Below, in pieces: positions 21,499 through 33,156 of a stretch of DNA of 50,639 bases. Location of the stretch: contig JBPPMD010000112.1 of NCBI GenBank assembly GCA_051305875.1, forward strand, positions 1 to 50,639, in the 5' to 3' direction. A program made the translations under genes and the position numbers. The stretch comes from Desulfuromonadales bacterium. GTDB taxonomy: Bacteria > Desulfobacterota > Desulfuromonadia > Desulfuromonadales > BM103. The notes beneath the pieces were generated by a model. The model ran no database searches. It saw nothing but the letters and a program-made list of their open reading frames with translations, and had not been told where the DNA came from. Position 1 is the stretch's first letter. Each line of letters opens with the position of its first letter.

Positions 21499-22668
21499 AT
21501 GGCTATGACAGATTTTCTCTTTACCTCAGAGTCGGTTTCCGAGGGACATCCTGACAAGGTTGCCGATCAGATTTCCGATGCTATCCTCGATGCAATCATT
21601 GCCCAGGACCCGCAGGCCAGGGTTGCCTGTGAAACTCTGGTTACAACCGGTATGGCAATGATCGCCGGTGAGATCACCACAAGTGCATATGTCGATATGC
21701 CGGTCATCGTCCGTGAAACCATCAAGGAGATCGGCTACGATGATTCCTCCATGGGGTTTGATTACGAAACCTGTGCGGTTTTGACGTCCATCGACCGTCA
21801 GTCTCCCGACATTTCCCAGGGCGTGACTGAAGGCGAGGGGCTGTTTGCGGAACAGGGCGCCGGTGATCAGGGGCTGATGTTCGGTTATGCCTGCAACGAA
21901 ACGCCCGAACTGATGCCGATGCCGATTACCTTTGCTCATAAGTTGACCAAGCGTCTGGCTGATGTGCGCAAGAGCGGGCTACTACCATTTCTGCGGCCTG
22001 ACAGCAAATCTCAGGTGTCGATCCAGTACATCAATGACAAGCCGATCCGGGTTGATACCGTGGTCGTCTCTTCACAGCACAGACCGGATGTCACTTATGA
22101 AAACCTCAAGGAAGGGATCATTGAAGAAGTTGTACGCAAGGTGATTCCCGCCGAGCTTCTCGATGAAAACACCAAGTATTTCATCAACCCGACCGGCCGC
22201 TTTGTTGTCGGCGGGCCTATGGGTGACTGTGGCCTGACCGGACGCAAGATTATTGTCGACACCTATGGTGGACAAGGCTCCCACGGCGGTGGCGCTTTTT
22301 CCGGCAAGGATCCTTCCAAGGTTGACCGCAGCGCCTCGTACATGGCGCGTTATGTTGCCAAGAATATTGTCGCCTCCGGTCTGGCTGATAAATGTGAAGT
22401 CCAGTTGGCTTACGCAATTGGCGTTGCCGAACCGGTTTCAGTGATGATCAATACGTTTGGTACCGGCAAGATACCGTCCAACCAGATTGCTAAAATCGCT
22501 CGTGAAGAATTTGATATGCGTCCCCGCGCTATCATTGAAACCCTTGACCTGTTGCGCCCGATTTATCTTAAAACCGCTGCCTATGGACACTTCGGTCGTG
22601 AACTGCCGGACTTCACCTGGGAACGGACCGATCGAATCGCATCGTTGCAGAAGCGCGCCGGACTCTGA
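21499..22668 (+). CDS. metK: S-adenosylmethionine synthetase
   Basis: [35 protein letters not shown]. Confidence 0.99.
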   Translation: MAMTDFLFTSESVSEGHPDKVADQISDAILDAIIAQDPQARVACETLVTTGMAMIAGEITTSAYVDMPVIVRETIKEIGYDDSSMGFDYETCAVLTSIDRQSPDISQGVTEGEGLFAEQGAGDQGLMFGYACNETPELMPMPITFAHKLTKRLADVRKSGLLPFLRPDSKSQVSIQYINDKPIRVDTVVVSSQHRPDVTYENLKEGIIEEVVRKVIPAELLDENTKYFINPTGRFVVGGPMGDCGLTGRKIIVDTYGGQGSHGGGAFSGKDPSKVDRSASYMARYVAKNIVASGLADKCEVQLAYAIGVAEPVSVMINTFGTGKIPSNQIAKIAREEFDMRPRAIIETLDLLRPIYLKTAAYGHFGRELPDFTWERTDRIASLQKRAGL

Positions 22669-22696
22669 TCGCGTCGTCATCTGACTGCTGACTGTC

Positions 22697-22728
22697 ATGG
22701 GCGGATCGTGTGAGCGGTCCGCCTATTT
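22697..22728 (+). terminator. Terminator-like hairpin after metK
   Basis: ATGGGCGGATCG / CGGTCCGCCTAT then a short T tract. Confidence 0.5.
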
Positions 22729-22756
22729 GCGTTTGCCAAGTTCAAGACTGTTGATT

Positions 22757-23825
22757 ATGCCGGAACCTGACCTTTCCATTATTATTCCCACCCTTAACGA
22801 GGCAGAGGCTTTGCCTCTGCTACTTGATGACCTTGTTCGTCAGCAGGGGGTCTCCTTTGAAGTCATCGTGACTGATGGTGGTTCGCTCGATGCAACCTGC
22901 CAGCTCGCTAACACCTTGTTTTCCTCGGGTCGATTGTCAGGAAGATGCCATGTTGGCCCGCCCGGGCGCGGACGGCAACTGAATGCCGGCGTTTTCCTGG
23001 CAAATGCCGAATGGCTGCTTTTCCTGCATGCCGACAGTCGCTTGACTGATGTGAATCAGCTGCAAAAGGCTCTTGATTGCATGCGTATGCACCAGCAGCG
23101 CGACGCTTCAGACTCTTCGTCCGGGCGTTTCGCACTGTGTTTTGATCCTCCCGACAAAAATAATTTCGGCCTGTTTTTTTATCAAATCAAGGCACGGCTT
23201 GGGCGGCCCGGATGTATCCACGGTGATCAGGGGCTGTTGCTGACGAAAGCATTCTTTAACAGAATCGGTCCGTTCCGAGAAGACCTGCCGGTTATGGAAG
23301 ACACCTGTTTGGCGGAAGACATCCGCATTCACGGCCAATGGTTGCTTCTGCCGGAAGAGATAGAAACTTCTGCCCGACGGTTTCAGGCTGAAGGGATGAA
23401 GGCTCGCCAGACACTCAATGCGTTAATAATGAATTTCCTGGCCATCGGCTGGTTGGAGTTCTTTCAAAAAGCACCGGATATCTATCGCCGACAGGATCAT
23501 GCCCAACAGCTGCAGTTGTCACCTTTTTTCCTTTTGCTCAGAGAGCTTTTCAGGGAAATGCCCCTGCGCAGCAGGTGGGCAATCTGGCTGGCAACCGGTC
23601 AATACGTACGCAGCCAGGCATGGCAGATCGGTCTGGCTCTGGACTGCCGTAATGCTTTCCGTAAGGGGCGTTGACCCACTGCAGCAGGACAGCAAATGGT
23701 TGAGCTGGTTTGATCGATGGTTTGATCCGTTGACGAACCATTACGTCGGTTATGTCATGACAGCGTTGCTGGTCAGGCTCTGGTTTGCCTGGCAGCTTTA
23801 TGATGGAGCTACCCATCGCGATTAA
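22757..23825 (+). pseudogene. GT2 glycosyltransferase (TIGR04283-like), apparent frameshift at 23665-23668
   Basis: SIIIPTLNE, DGGS.D, GRGRQLNAG, LLFLHADS, GDQG, MED, TSARR; main frame stops at 23674, a protein-like tail continues in another frame to 23825. Confidence 0.65.
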
Positions 23826-23870
23826 TCTCGCGTTCGCTACGCATTTACCTTGCCAAATGAAGTGATATGC

Positions 23871-23892
23871 TATATCAAGAAAACCGGATATA
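23871..23892. promoter_or_regulatory. Probable SahR operator
   Basis: Palindrome TATATC-AAGAAAACCG-GATATA just upstream of the ArsR-methyltransferase gene, overlapping a putative -10. Confidence 0.65.
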
Positions 23893-23914
23893 TGGAGATT
23901 GGTAATGTTGATAT

Positions 23915-24835
23915 ATGCTGAATCTATTTAAAGCTCTGGCTGACAGCACCCGTCTGCGACTCTTGCGCATCCTGCGCCAAGGGGATTTCACAGTTCAGGA
24001 TCTTATGCAGATCCTTGAAATGGGCCAGTCGAGAATATCCAGACATTTAAAGCTTTTGAGTGAGGCTGGTTTGCTGCACATAGAGAAGCAGGGAACCTGG
24101 CATTACTACCGGATGTCTGCCGGGGAGGGCCTGTTCAGCGACATCTGGCCGTTTATTGAGACTCGACTCGCTGGTATTCAAGGTCAAGAGCGCGATTCAA
24201 TCGGCGTGTTGCAAGTTATGGCGGAAAGGCGTCATCGCAGCCAGGTTTTTTTTAATGATCATGCTCACGATTGGGATCGCATGCATGTTGAACTTCTGAA
24301 CCTGCCTGATTACCAAAACAATCTGCTTGCCCAGCTGCCGGTCGGTGGCCTGATTGTCGAGATTGGTGTCGGTACCGGCAGGCTGCTGCCTCTGCTGGCT
24401 CAGAAGGGTGAGCAGACAGTCGGACTTGATCATTCACCTTCGATGGTTGCCCTGGCCAGAAAAAAAGTAGCGCACTATCATCTTCAGAATAAAGTAGAAG
24501 TCCGCCTGGCTGAAATGAAGCATTTGCCTTTTGCCGATGGTTCGGTGCAAACGGTTGTGATGAACCAGGTTCTGCACCATGCGGAGCAACCCGTTGAGGT
24601 TCTCAGAGAGATTCACCGTATTCTCGAACGCGAAGGTTTGTTAGTGGTGGCTGATCTGACGCGCCATGAACACGATTGGACGCGCGAGCGTTTGGCGGAT
24701 CAATGGCTTGGCTTTAAACAAAATGAACTTGAAGATTGGCTTGCCGAAGCTGACCTGCTGCTGACCTCTTATCAGGAATTTGGAGATTCTGCCAGTCAAC
24801 AGACTGTTTCGTTGTTGACTGCCCGTATCAGATAA
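23915..24835 (+). CDS. sahR: ArsR-HTH + SAM-dependent methyltransferase-domain regulator (SahR)
   Basis: KALADSTRLR, QSRISRHLKLL; VEIGVGTG, LDHS, VLHH, ADQWLGF; directly upstream of ahcY. Confidence 0.8.
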   Translation: MLNLFKALADSTRLRLLRILRQGDFTVQDLMQILEMGQSRISRHLKLLSEAGLLHIEKQGTWHYYRMSAGEGLFSDIWPFIETRLAGIQGQERDSIGVLQVMAERRHRSQVFFNDHAHDWDRMHVELLNLPDYQNNLLAQLPVGGLIVEIGVGTGRLLPLLAQKGEQTVGLDHSPSMVALARKKVAHYHLQNKVEVRLAEMKHLPFADGSVQTVVMNQVLHHAEQPVEVLREIHRILEREGLLVVADLTRHEHDWTRERLADQWLGFKQNELEDWLAEADLLLTSYQEFGDSASQQTVSLLTARIR

Positions 24836-24864
24836 TCATCATAAAACGCAATGGAGGAGATTAA

Positions 24865-26322
24865 ATGACAGACAAGCATGATTTTAAAGTAATGGATCTT
24901 TCCCTGGCCGCCTGGGGCCGCAAGGAGATTGACCTGGCTGAGGTTGAAATGCCGGGGTTGATGGCGCTGCGTGAGGAATATGGCAACCAGAAGCCGCTTC
25001 AAGGTGCCCGCATCACCGGTTCCCTGCACATGACAATTCAGACCGCCGTGCTGATTGAAACCCTGCTTGATCTCGGTGCGCAGGTACGCTGGGCCTCTTG
25101 TAATATTTTCTCGACCCAGGATCAGGCCGCTGCAGCCGTTGCCGTCGGCCGCGAAGGAACTTGTGAAAACCCCAAAGGCGTACCGGTGTTCGCCTGGAAA
25201 GGCGAGACCCTCGAGGAATATTGGTGGTGCACTGAAAAGGCTTTGCACTGGCCGAACGGTGAGTTGCCGAACATGATTCTCGATGATGGTGGCGATGCGA
25301 CCATGATGGTGCTTTACGGAGCCGAATGGCAGACGCAAGGGATTCCGGACTATACGCATGACGATCCGGAGGACTGGGTCGAGATGATCAAGTGTCTGCA
25401 ACAGTCAATCGATAGCAAAACCGTCGATTGGGTTGCTGTGTGTGATTCGATCAAGGGTGTGACCGAAGAGACCACAACCGGAGTGCATCGCCTTTACAGC
25501 TTGCAGAAAGAGGGCAAGCTGCCTTTCCCGGCGATGAACGTCAACGACTCGGTTACCAAGAGCAAGTTCGACAATGTCTACGGCTGTCGCCACAGCCTGG
25601 TCGACGGTATCATGCGGGCGACTGATGTCATGCTCTCCGGTAAGGTTGCCGTGGTCTGCGGTTACGGTGACGTCGGCAAGGGCTGCTGTCAGTCGCTGCG
25701 TGGCCAGGGAGCACGGGTGATCGTGGCGGAAATTGATCCGATCTGTGCTCTGCAGGCCTTGATGGAAGGCTACCAGGTCACGACTCTCGAGGATGTGGTG
25801 GCCACGGCCGATATCTTTGTGACCACCACCGGCAATAAGGATGTGATTCGCGTTGAGCATATGGCTCAGATGAAACACAACGCTATCGTCGGCAATATCG
25901 GCCATTTTGATAATGAGATCGAGATGGCTGCCCTGGCGAAGGTGCCCGGGATCGAAAAGATCAACATCAAAAATCCCCGCGAGCACGGCAACCAGGTTGA
26001 TCAGTGGGTCTTTTCAGATGGTCATGCGGTTATTATCCTGGCCGAAGGACGATTGCTCAATCTCGGCTGCGCCACCGGCCATCCCTCTTTCGTGATGTCG
26101 AACAGTTTCACCAACCAGGTGATGGCACAGATCGAACTCTTCACACATACAGACAACTTCGAGAACCAAGTCTACGTGCTGCCGAAGAGCCTTGATGAGA
26201 AGGTGGCTCGCTTGCATCTGGGCAAGCTTGGTGCAAAATTGACGATACTTAGCGCAGAGCAGGCTGGTTACATCGGTGTTCCAGTGGAGGGCCCCTATAA
26301 GCCTGACTCTTATCGCTATTAA
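24865..26322 (+). CDS. ahcY: Adenosylhomocysteinase
   Basis: [55 protein letters not shown] end. Confidence 0.99.
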   Translation: MTDKHDFKVMDLSLAAWGRKEIDLAEVEMPGLMALREEYGNQKPLQGARITGSLHMTIQTAVLIETLLDLGAQVRWASCNIFSTQDQAAAAVAVGREGTCENPKGVPVFAWKGETLEEYWWCTEKALHWPNGELPNMILDDGGDATMMVLYGAEWQTQGIPDYTHDDPEDWVEMIKCLQQSIDSKTVDWVAVCDSIKGVTEETTTGVHRLYSLQKEGKLPFPAMNVNDSVTKSKFDNVYGCRHSLVDGIMRATDVMLSGKVAVVCGYGDVGKGCCQSLRGQGARVIVAEIDPICALQALMEGYQVTTLEDVVATADIFVTTTGNKDVIRVEHMAQMKHNAIVGNIGHFDNEIEMAALAKVPGIEKINIKNPREHGNQVDQWVFSDGHAVIILAEGRLLNLGCATGHPSFVMSNSFTNQVMAQIELFTHTDNFENQVYVLPKSLDEKVARLHLGKLGAKLTILSAEQAGYIGVPVEGPYKPDSYRY

Positions 26323-26343
26323 AAACTCAACGCATACGTTAAC

Positions 26344-26381
26344 GGAAAAAGGGGGCCGGAATTATCTGGCCCCCTTTTTCC
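26344..26381. terminator. Bidirectional intrinsic terminator (ahcY / lptG)
   Basis: GGAAAAAGGGGGCCGGA-ATTA-TCTGGCCCCCTTTTTCC between convergent genes. Confidence 0.88.
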
Positions 26382-26400
26382 ATCGTGGCAAGGATTTTTT

Positions 26401-27486
26401 TCAGGCCCGGACTCTTAAAAAGAACCATGTACCGAGCAGGGCCATCAGGATGTTCGCCGCCCAGGCTGCAATCACTGGCGGCAGCACAGCGATTGTGCCA
26501 AAGACCGCAAACACAGCGTAAAAGATAAAATAGACGACAAAGATAATCAGGCTGAGGACAATACCGAGAGAGAAACTGGCATTGCGGCCGCGTTGCAACG
26601 CAAAGGGAATACCGACCAGGACCATGATGACAGGGACTGCAGCCCGGGCAAATCGCATGTGTGCTTCCACCTGATATGCTTTTGGGTCATAACCCTCTTT
26701 TTCCAGTTTTTCCGTAAAAGAAAGCAGATCGCCGATAGTCATGTCCTCCGGTCGTTCCCACAGTCGCAGCATCTCGGATGGTCGCCGCTTAAGATCGATC
26801 AGCAGTTCCATTTGTCGATCAAAAGACGCAAGCGCCCTGGTCTCAGGAATAAAACTCCAGGTTACAGCCTCTTTGAGCTGCCATTGGTTATTACTCACGT
26901 GTTCTGCTTTTTCCGCCTGGATACGTTTGACCGGCATGAATTTGTCGTTGAATTCTACAATTGTAATGCCAAAGACGATACCTCTCGCAGGGAAAGCGTG
27001 GTTGATGCTGATAATGCTGTTGCCTTCGCGGAAATAGAGGTCTTCGCCGGAGACGTCCTGATAGGCCTTCCCCTTGATTTCGGTGCGCTTGATATAATTT
27101 GATTCGCGGGACGACCAGGGAACCAGCCAGAGGTTTGCAGCAATGAGAAATACAACAAGAATCAGGCTGCCCAGAAAGAGGGAACGGCTGAGCCGGCTGA
27201 AGCTGATGCCGCCACAGAGCATGGCGGTCAACTGATTAGATCGGGAAAAAGCACCGATAGTTGTAAACGTTGCAAGGAGTACTGCCATCGGCAAGGTGTT
27301 GGTGATGATGACCGGTAAATGGTACACAGGGTAGAGAAGATAGTATCTCAGCTCGGCTTGATATTCTATAAAGTCGTCGACGTTCTCCAGAAATTCAACC
27401 AGACCATAGAGTGAGACCAGAATCAGCAGAACCAGAGCAAGATTCCTGGAAAAAGCGTTTAAGATATAACGATCAAGAATCGACAT
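26401..27486 (-). CDS. lptG: LPS export permease LptG
   Basis: MSILDRYIL, LPMAVLLA, AAWAAN; YjgP/Q family, paired with lptF. Confidence 0.9.
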   Translation of the reverse strand: MSILDRYILNAFSRNLALVLLILVSLYGLVEFLENVDDFIEYQAELRYYLLYPVYHLPVIITNTLPMAVLLATFTTIGAFSRSNQLTAMLCGGISFSRLSRSLFLGSLILVVFLIAANLWLVPWSSRESNYIKRTEIKGKAYQDVSGEDLYFREGNSIISINHAFPARGIVFGITIVEFNDKFMPVKRIQAEKAEHVSNNQWQLKEAVTWSFIPETRALASFDRQMELLIDLKRRPSEMLRLWERPEDMTIGDLLSFTEKLEKEGYDPKAYQVEAHMRFARAAVPVIMVLVGIPFALQRGRNASFSLGIVLSLIIFVVYFIFYAVFAVFGTIAVLPPVIAAWAANILMALLGTWFFLRVRA

Positions 27487-28654
27487 GCTTGCGAGCCCGT
27501 TTCTGCAGAGTACGTAGTGTCTGGTCAAGCCAGAAGACCAGGAGGTTCGGTTGCTCCAGAGACGCCTGGCGGAGGAAAAAAATCCCGGCACCTCCCAGCA
27601 GCAGATGAGCTGTCCAGAAGGTCAGCCAGGGCGGTGCAGATGCGTCCTTGGTCAGAGTGAGGGCCAGCGACAGCATGAAATAGTAGCCAAGGAAAATAAT
27701 CAGGCCCATGACAAAGCCCCCACTGCGACCGGAACGGTGTGATTGCATGCTGAACGGCAGCCCGAATAAAACAAAAAGTAGCGGTGCCAGCGGTGAAGTT
27801 AGCCTCATATGGAGTTCGGCCTGCAGATCCTGGACCTTTGATGGCTCCACTTCGCTTGAGATATCGCTCCAGAGTTTGCCGATGGGCAGTTCTTTTGGTT
27901 TGAAGTCTTTTTGCGTTTCCGGACTGTCCATTGGCGATATTTCAGGCTGAACATCATAACTGCTGAAGTGGATCAACTGGTAGTTGTCGGCAGAGCCGGG
28001 TTGCTGACGGTGGATGACGCCGTCATGCAGGCGAATCGTTACTGTTTCTGATTTATCGTCTGTAAGGATGTTGCCACTGTCGGCAAAGACCCAGGACGTT
28101 GATTCCGGCTTGTTCTCAACGATAAAGAGTCCCTGCATCTGGTCCGTTCGGTCGTCGATTTCATTCGCGTATAGCACCAGGCCATTGAACTGGCTCATGA
28201 AGACTCGCGGTTGAAAACCGATGACTGCTTTTTGCCGCACGATTTCAAAGCTCTTGGTTGCAAAAGCACGATAGCCCCAGGGCTTGACCCAGATGTTGGT
28301 TGCGCCGGTCAACAAGGCAAAGATGAGGGCCAGCTTAAACACGGGTACAGAGATACTCGCCAGGCCGATTCCTGCTGACTTGAGCGCCACAATTTCGCTA
28401 TCGGCAGACATGCGTCCCAGTCCGATCATGATGCCCATGAGAAAGGCGAGTGGCAGCGATATCGAGAAGAACGTTGGCAGCAGGGTGGCTAGAAGTATCA
28501 GGATATCCGATAGAGAGACCCCTTTGTTGATGATCAGGTCGACCAACTTGACGGCCCGCCCCAATACCATGACCGTGGTGAAGATCACGATGCAGAGCAG
28601 AGTGGGTGAGAGAACTTCCCTGAGGATATAGCGATTGATTTGGCTACCGAACAT
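27473..28654 (-). CDS. lptF: LPS export permease LptF
   Basis: INRYILRE, LPLAFL, GRMSADSEIVALKSAG. Confidence 0.92.
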   Translation of the reverse strand: MFGSQINRYILREVLSPTLLCIVIFTTVMVLGRAVKLVDLIINKGVSLSDILILLATLLPTFFSISLPLAFLMGIMIGLGRMSADSEIVALKSAGIGLASISVPVFKLALIFALLTGATNIWVKPWGYRAFATKSFEIVRQKAVIGFQPRVFMSQFNGLVLYANEIDDRTDQMQGLFIVENKPESTSWVFADSGNILTDDKSETVTIRLHDGVIHRQQPGSADNYQLIHFSSYDVQPEISPMDSPETQKDFKPKELPIGKLWSDISSEVEPSKVQDLQAELHMRLTSPLAPLLFVLFGLPFSMQSHRSGRSGGFVMGLIIFLGYYFMLSLALTLTKDASAPPWLTFWTAHLLLGGAGIFFLRQASLEQPNLLVFWLDQTLRTLQKRARKHVDS

Positions 28655-28715
28655 AATCCGGCATAATAGTACAGTCAGAGATGGCTTGTAAACGTTGTTC
28701 GTAGCGAAAAAGCCC

Positions 28716-28744
28716 TTGCGTTGAGCATGATCGCGTGTTATATG
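28716..28744 (+). promoter_or_regulatory. rpsB promoter
   Basis: TTGCGT, 17 nt, extended -10 TG-T-TATATG. Confidence 0.55.
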
Positions 28745-28760
28745 GATGAGCTGTTTAATT

Positions 28761-28840
28761 CACACGCTTTCTGACCCGGACCGGGTGCCTGACATGGTGT
28801 CAGGTCGGTTGCAGGGGATGACGGAAGCGGCGGCAAAACC
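28761..28840 (+). promoter_or_regulatory. rpsB (S2) autoregulatory leader RNA
   Basis: CACACG...CCGGGTGCC...GGTCGG...GGGGATG...CGG pattern matching the conserved S2 leader, upstream of rpsB. Confidence 0.75.
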
Positions 28841-28861
28841 TAACAAACAAGGAGTTCGTAG

Positions 28862-29743
28862 ATGTCTCAGATCACCATGAAGCAGTTGTTGGAGGCCGGC
28901 GTTCATTTCGGCCATCAGACCCGTCGTTGGAATCCCAAAATGAAGCCTTATATTTTCGGAGCTCGCAACGGTATCTACATTATTGACCTGCAGAAAACTG
29001 TACGTTATTTCAGAACCGCCTACAGCTTTATCCGCGACGTCACCGAGAATGGCGACAAAATTCTTTTCGTGGGGACCAAGAAACAGGCTCAGGATTCCAT
29101 TATGGAAGAAGCCATCCGGGCCGACCAGTACTATGTCAACAACCGTTGGCTAGGTGGTATGCTCACAAACTTTTCCACGATCAAACGGAGTATCGATCGC
29201 CTCAAGAAGATTGAGGTTATGTCCGAAGATGGCACTTACGACCTGCTGCTCAAAAAAGAAGTTCTGCAACTTGATCGTGAGAAGGCCAAGCTTGAGAAAA
29301 GCCTTGGTGGTATCAAAAATATGACCCGTCTGCCGGCAGCTGTCTTCATCGTTGATCCGAACAAGGAAGAAATTGCTGTTAAGGAAGCTCGCAAATTAGG
29401 GATCCCGGTAGTCGCTGTCGTTGATACCAACTGCGATCCTGAAGGCATTGATTATATTATCCCCGGCAATGACGATGCGATTCGTGCCCTGCGCCTTTTT
29501 TCATCGAAGATGGCAGAAGCCTGTCTTGAAGGCGCTGCTGCTCGTCAGGAAAAACTGCGCAACGACGCTGAAGGCGCCGATCAGGAAGAGCCGGTTGAAC
29601 AGTCCAAACCAATTGTTGAAGAAGGACCGCAGCCAATTATCGTCGAGAAGGCTAGCGCTGCTACTGTCGAGCCTCCTGCCGAATCTTCTGCAGGGTCCCC
29701 CGTAGAAACCCCTGTAGAGACGGATGCTCCGGCAAAGGCTTAA
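28862..29743 (+). CDS. rpsB: 30S ribosomal protein S2 (long acidic/Pro-rich C-tail)
   Basis: [33 protein letters not shown]. Confidence 0.99.
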   Translation: MSQITMKQLLEAGVHFGHQTRRWNPKMKPYIFGARNGIYIIDLQKTVRYFRTAYSFIRDVTENGDKILFVGTKKQAQDSIMEEAIRADQYYVNNRWLGGMLTNFSTIKRSIDRLKKIEVMSEDGTYDLLLKKEVLQLDREKAKLEKSLGGIKNMTRLPAAVFIVDPNKEEIAVKEARKLGIPVVAVVDTNCDPEGIDYIIPGNDDAIRALRLFSSKMAEACLEGAAARQEKLRNDAEGADQEEPVEQSKPIVEEGPQPIIVEKASAATVEPPAESSAGSPVETPVETDAPAKA

Positions 29744-29767
29744 CCCATAAATATTTATCGATAAGCT

Positions 29768-29797
29768 AAAGGCGGTCTGCATTGCAGCCGCCTTTTT
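29768..29797 (+). terminator. Terminator/attenuator between rpsB and tsf
   Basis: AAAGGCGG...CCGCCTTTTT. Confidence 0.65.
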
Positions 29798-29853
29798 ATC
29801 AGACAATTGAGCAACTCAATACGGAATAATAGTAGGCCAGAGGAGGTTTTACC

Positions 29854-30768
29854 GTGACAACGATTACAGCAAAGATGGTAGGTGACCTGCGTGCCCAAAC
29901 CGGTGCCGGGATGATGGATTGCAAAAAAGCCCTGAGTGAGGCTGAAGGTGATATGGAACAGGCGATCGACCTGCTGCGCAAGAAAGGTCTTTCTGCTGCG
30001 GCCAAAAAGTCTGGTCGGGTAGCGGCGGAAGGCATGATTGCCGCTGCCGGTAGTGATCACAGCGGTGCTCTGGTGGAAGTCAATTCGGAAACAGACTTTG
30101 TTGCCAAGAATGATCTGTTCCAGGCGTTCGTTAATGGTGTCGCCGATGTGGTACTCAACCAGAATCCTGCTGATGTTGAAGCATTGAAAGCTCTCGATTT
30201 CCCGGGAAGCGGTCGTAACGTAGCTGATGAACTGTCTCATCAGATTGCGACGATCGGTGAGAACATGAACGTGCGCCGTTTTGCACGCCTGGAAAGCAAC
30301 TCGGGTGTTACGGCTTCTTATATTCACGGTGCAGGCAAGATCGGCGTGCTGGTTCAACTGGATTCCGACAAGCATGCTGATCCCAGAGTCAGCGAAACCG
30401 CACGCCTGCTGGCCATGCATGTCGCCGCCGCCAACCCTCAATACCTGAAACGCAAGGATGTCCCTGCCGAAGTTGTGGAACGCGAGAAAGACATCATGCG
30501 CGCCAAGGCTCTTGAGAGCGGCAAACCTGAAAGTATCGTCGACAAGATCATCGAAGGGCAGATCAACAAGTTTTTTGCTGAAACCTGTCTTCTTGAGCAG
30601 GTCTATGTGATTGATACTGATCAAAAGGTTGGTAAAGTTGTAGAGTCTTTGGCCAAAGAAATCGGCGGCGAGGTCGCTCTTTCTGCTTATGTGCGCTTCC
30701 AGCTTGGCGAAGGAATCGAAAAGAAGGAAGATGATTTTGCCGCAGAAGTCGCCTCGATGACCAAGTAA
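29854..30768 (+). CDS. tsf: Elongation factor Ts
   Basis: TGAGMMDCKKAL, EVNSETDFVA, DFAAEV. Confidence 0.99.
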   Translation: MTTITAKMVGDLRAQTGAGMMDCKKALSEAEGDMEQAIDLLRKKGLSAAAKKSGRVAAEGMIAAAGSDHSGALVEVNSETDFVAKNDLFQAFVNGVADVVLNQNPADVEALKALDFPGSGRNVADELSHQIATIGENMNVRRFARLESNSGVTASYIHGAGKIGVLVQLDSDKHADPRVSETARLLAMHVAAANPQYLKRKDVPAEVVEREKDIMRAKALESGKPESIVDKIIEGQINKFFAETCLLEQVYVIDTDQKVGKVVESLAKEIGGEVALSAYVRFQLGEGIEKKEDDFAAEVASMTK

Positions 30769-30773
30769 CCTGA

Positions 30774-31520
<747 letters not shown>

Positions 31521-31524
31521 TGCC

Positions 31525-32082
31525 ATGATTGCTGATGTCAAAGCCAAGACCAGTGCCGGGATGGTTAAAGCCCTGGAATCCTTTAAACGCGACTTGAGCA
31601 AAGTCAGGACCGGTCGCGCCTCTCTTGCTCTGCTCGATGATGTCCGGGTTGATTATTACGGTACACCGACACCGCTTAACCAGGTTGCAGCTCTGGCTGT
31701 GCCGGAACCGCGACTGATCACGATTCAACCCTGGGAGAAGAGTCTGACCGGTGAAATTGAAAAAGCCATTCTTAAGGCAGATCTCGGCTTGAATCCCTCT
31801 TCCGATGGTCAGCTTATTCGTCTGGTGTTCCCGCCTTTAACAGAAGACCGTCGTAGAGATATGGTCAAGCAGGTTAAACGCCTGGGTGAAGAAGCCAAAA
31901 TTGCAGTTCGAAATGTCCGCCGTGAAGGCAATGATGCCCTGAAAAAGCTTGAGAAGGATAAGGACATCACCGAGGATGAGCTGAAGCGCGGCGAGAAAGA
32001 AATCCAGGATTTGACCGATGACTATGTTGCGCGTGTTGATAAAGTGATCGCGGAGAAGGAAAAAGATCTGATGGAAATCTGA
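31525..32082 (+). CDS. frr: Ribosome recycling factor
   Basis: [30 protein letters not shown]; start at ATG 31525. Confidence 0.98.
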   Translation: MIADVKAKTSAGMVKALESFKRDLSKVRTGRASLALLDDVRVDYYGTPTPLNQVAALAVPEPRLITIQPWEKSLTGEIEKAILKADLGLNPSSDGQLIRLVFPPLTEDRRRDMVKQVKRLGEEAKIAVRNVRREGNDALKKLEKDKDITEDELKRGEKEIQDLTDDYVARVDKVIAEKEKDLMEI

Positions 32083-32118
32083 TCTTCGCAAGAAAATGTT
32101 ACGGAGGCTTTTTAATTT

Positions 32119-32277
32119 ATGAAGATAACCGAAGAGTGTATTGCCTGCGGGACCTGTGTTGAATCCTGCCCGGTCGGCGCCATTGTTGAATCAGGCGAGA
32201 TATATGCAATCACCGAAGAGTGTACAGACTGCCGGGCCTGTGTAGAGGCCTGCCCGGTCGATGCAATAGTCGATTAA
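32119..32277 (+). CDS. 2x[4Fe-4S] ferredoxin, 52 aa (below ORF-track cutoff)
   Basis: Hand translation MKITEECIACGTCVESCPVGAIVESGEIYAITEECTDCRACVEACPVDAIVD; two CxxCxxCxxxCP motifs; GGAGG upstream. Confidence 0.93.
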   Translation: MKITEECIACGTCVESCPVGAIVESGEIYAITEECTDCRACVEACPVDAIVD

Positions 32278-32280
32278 CAC

Positions 32281-32311
32281 AGGGGGGCGCCTTAAGGGCG
32301 CCTCTTCTGTT
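32281..32311 (+). terminator. Terminator-like hairpin after ferredoxin
   Basis: AGGGGGGCGCC-TTAAG-GGCGCCTCTT followed by CTGTT. Confidence 0.5.
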
Positions 32312-32409
32312 AAAGGACAAGCACTGCTGGTTACGCATCACATGGTTGCCCAATTTGTTTTGTCTATGATATTTTAACCGTTATTCCTCCATCCCGGGAC
32401 CTCTTGTTT

Positions 32410-33156
32410 ATGCAGATACCAACACACCTTGCAATTATCATGGATGGCAACGGCCGCTGGGCTGAACAGCGTCGTTTGCCGCGTATCCTGGGACATCGTA
32501 AAGGTGTGGAATCGGTTCAGAGCATCGTTGATGAATGTATGGAGTTGGGAATCCGTTACCTGACTCTCTATGCCTTCAGCTCCGAAAACTGGGGACGCCC
32601 TCAAGAAGAAGTCGAGGCGCTGATGGGGTTGCTCGGCAGCTTCCTGAAAAAGGAGCTGAGCCAGCTTCAGAAGAGGGGCATCCGACTCATGGCCATAGGA
32701 GAGTTGGACCGTCTCCCGGAAACAATCAGCAAGATCCTCAAAGACATCGTAAAACAAACAGCCGACAACGACCGTATGGTTTTGAACCTGGCGCTCTCTT
32801 ACGGTTCACGTAACGAATTGACTCGGGCCATGCAGACTCTCGGTCGCGAGATTGCCAGTGGCAAGTTGCAGGCTGATGCGCTCACTGAAGCAGACATCGG
32901 AGCCGCACTCGATACCCATGCCATTCCTGACCCGGACCTGTTGATCAGGACCAGTGGCGAGATGCGTATCAGTAATTTTCTGCTCTGGCAGGTGGCTTAT
33001 TCGGAGCTTTATTTTACAGAAGCGCTCTGGCCGGACTTCTCTCGTGACCAATTGCTGCAGGCGATACAAGAGTACAGCCGTCGCCAGCGACGCTTCGGTC
33101 TCACCGGCGCACAACTGCGAGATAGTAACATCCGCGACGGGGGGGACCGTCATTAA
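32410..33156 (+). CDS. uppS: Undecaprenyl diphosphate synthase
   Basis: HLAIIMDGNGRWA, YAFSSENWGRP, DLLIRTSGEMRISNFLLWQ. Confidence 0.98.
   Translation: MQIPTHLAIIMDGNGRWAEQRRLPRILGHRKGVESVQSIVDECMELGIRYLTLYAFSSENWGRPQEEVEALMGLLGSFLKKELSQLQKRGIRLMAIGELDRLPETISKILKDIVKQTADNDRMVLNLALSYGSRNELTRAMQTLGREIASGKLQADALTEADIGAALDTHAIPDPDLLIRTSGEMRISNFLLWQVAYSELYFTEALWPDFSRDQLLQAIQEYSRRQRRFGLTGAQLRDSNIRDGGDRH

Noticed and set aside
32954-33151. 66-aa N-terminal extension of CdsA in the ORF track
   Set aside because: Overlaps the conserved uppS C-terminus and is not CdsA-like.
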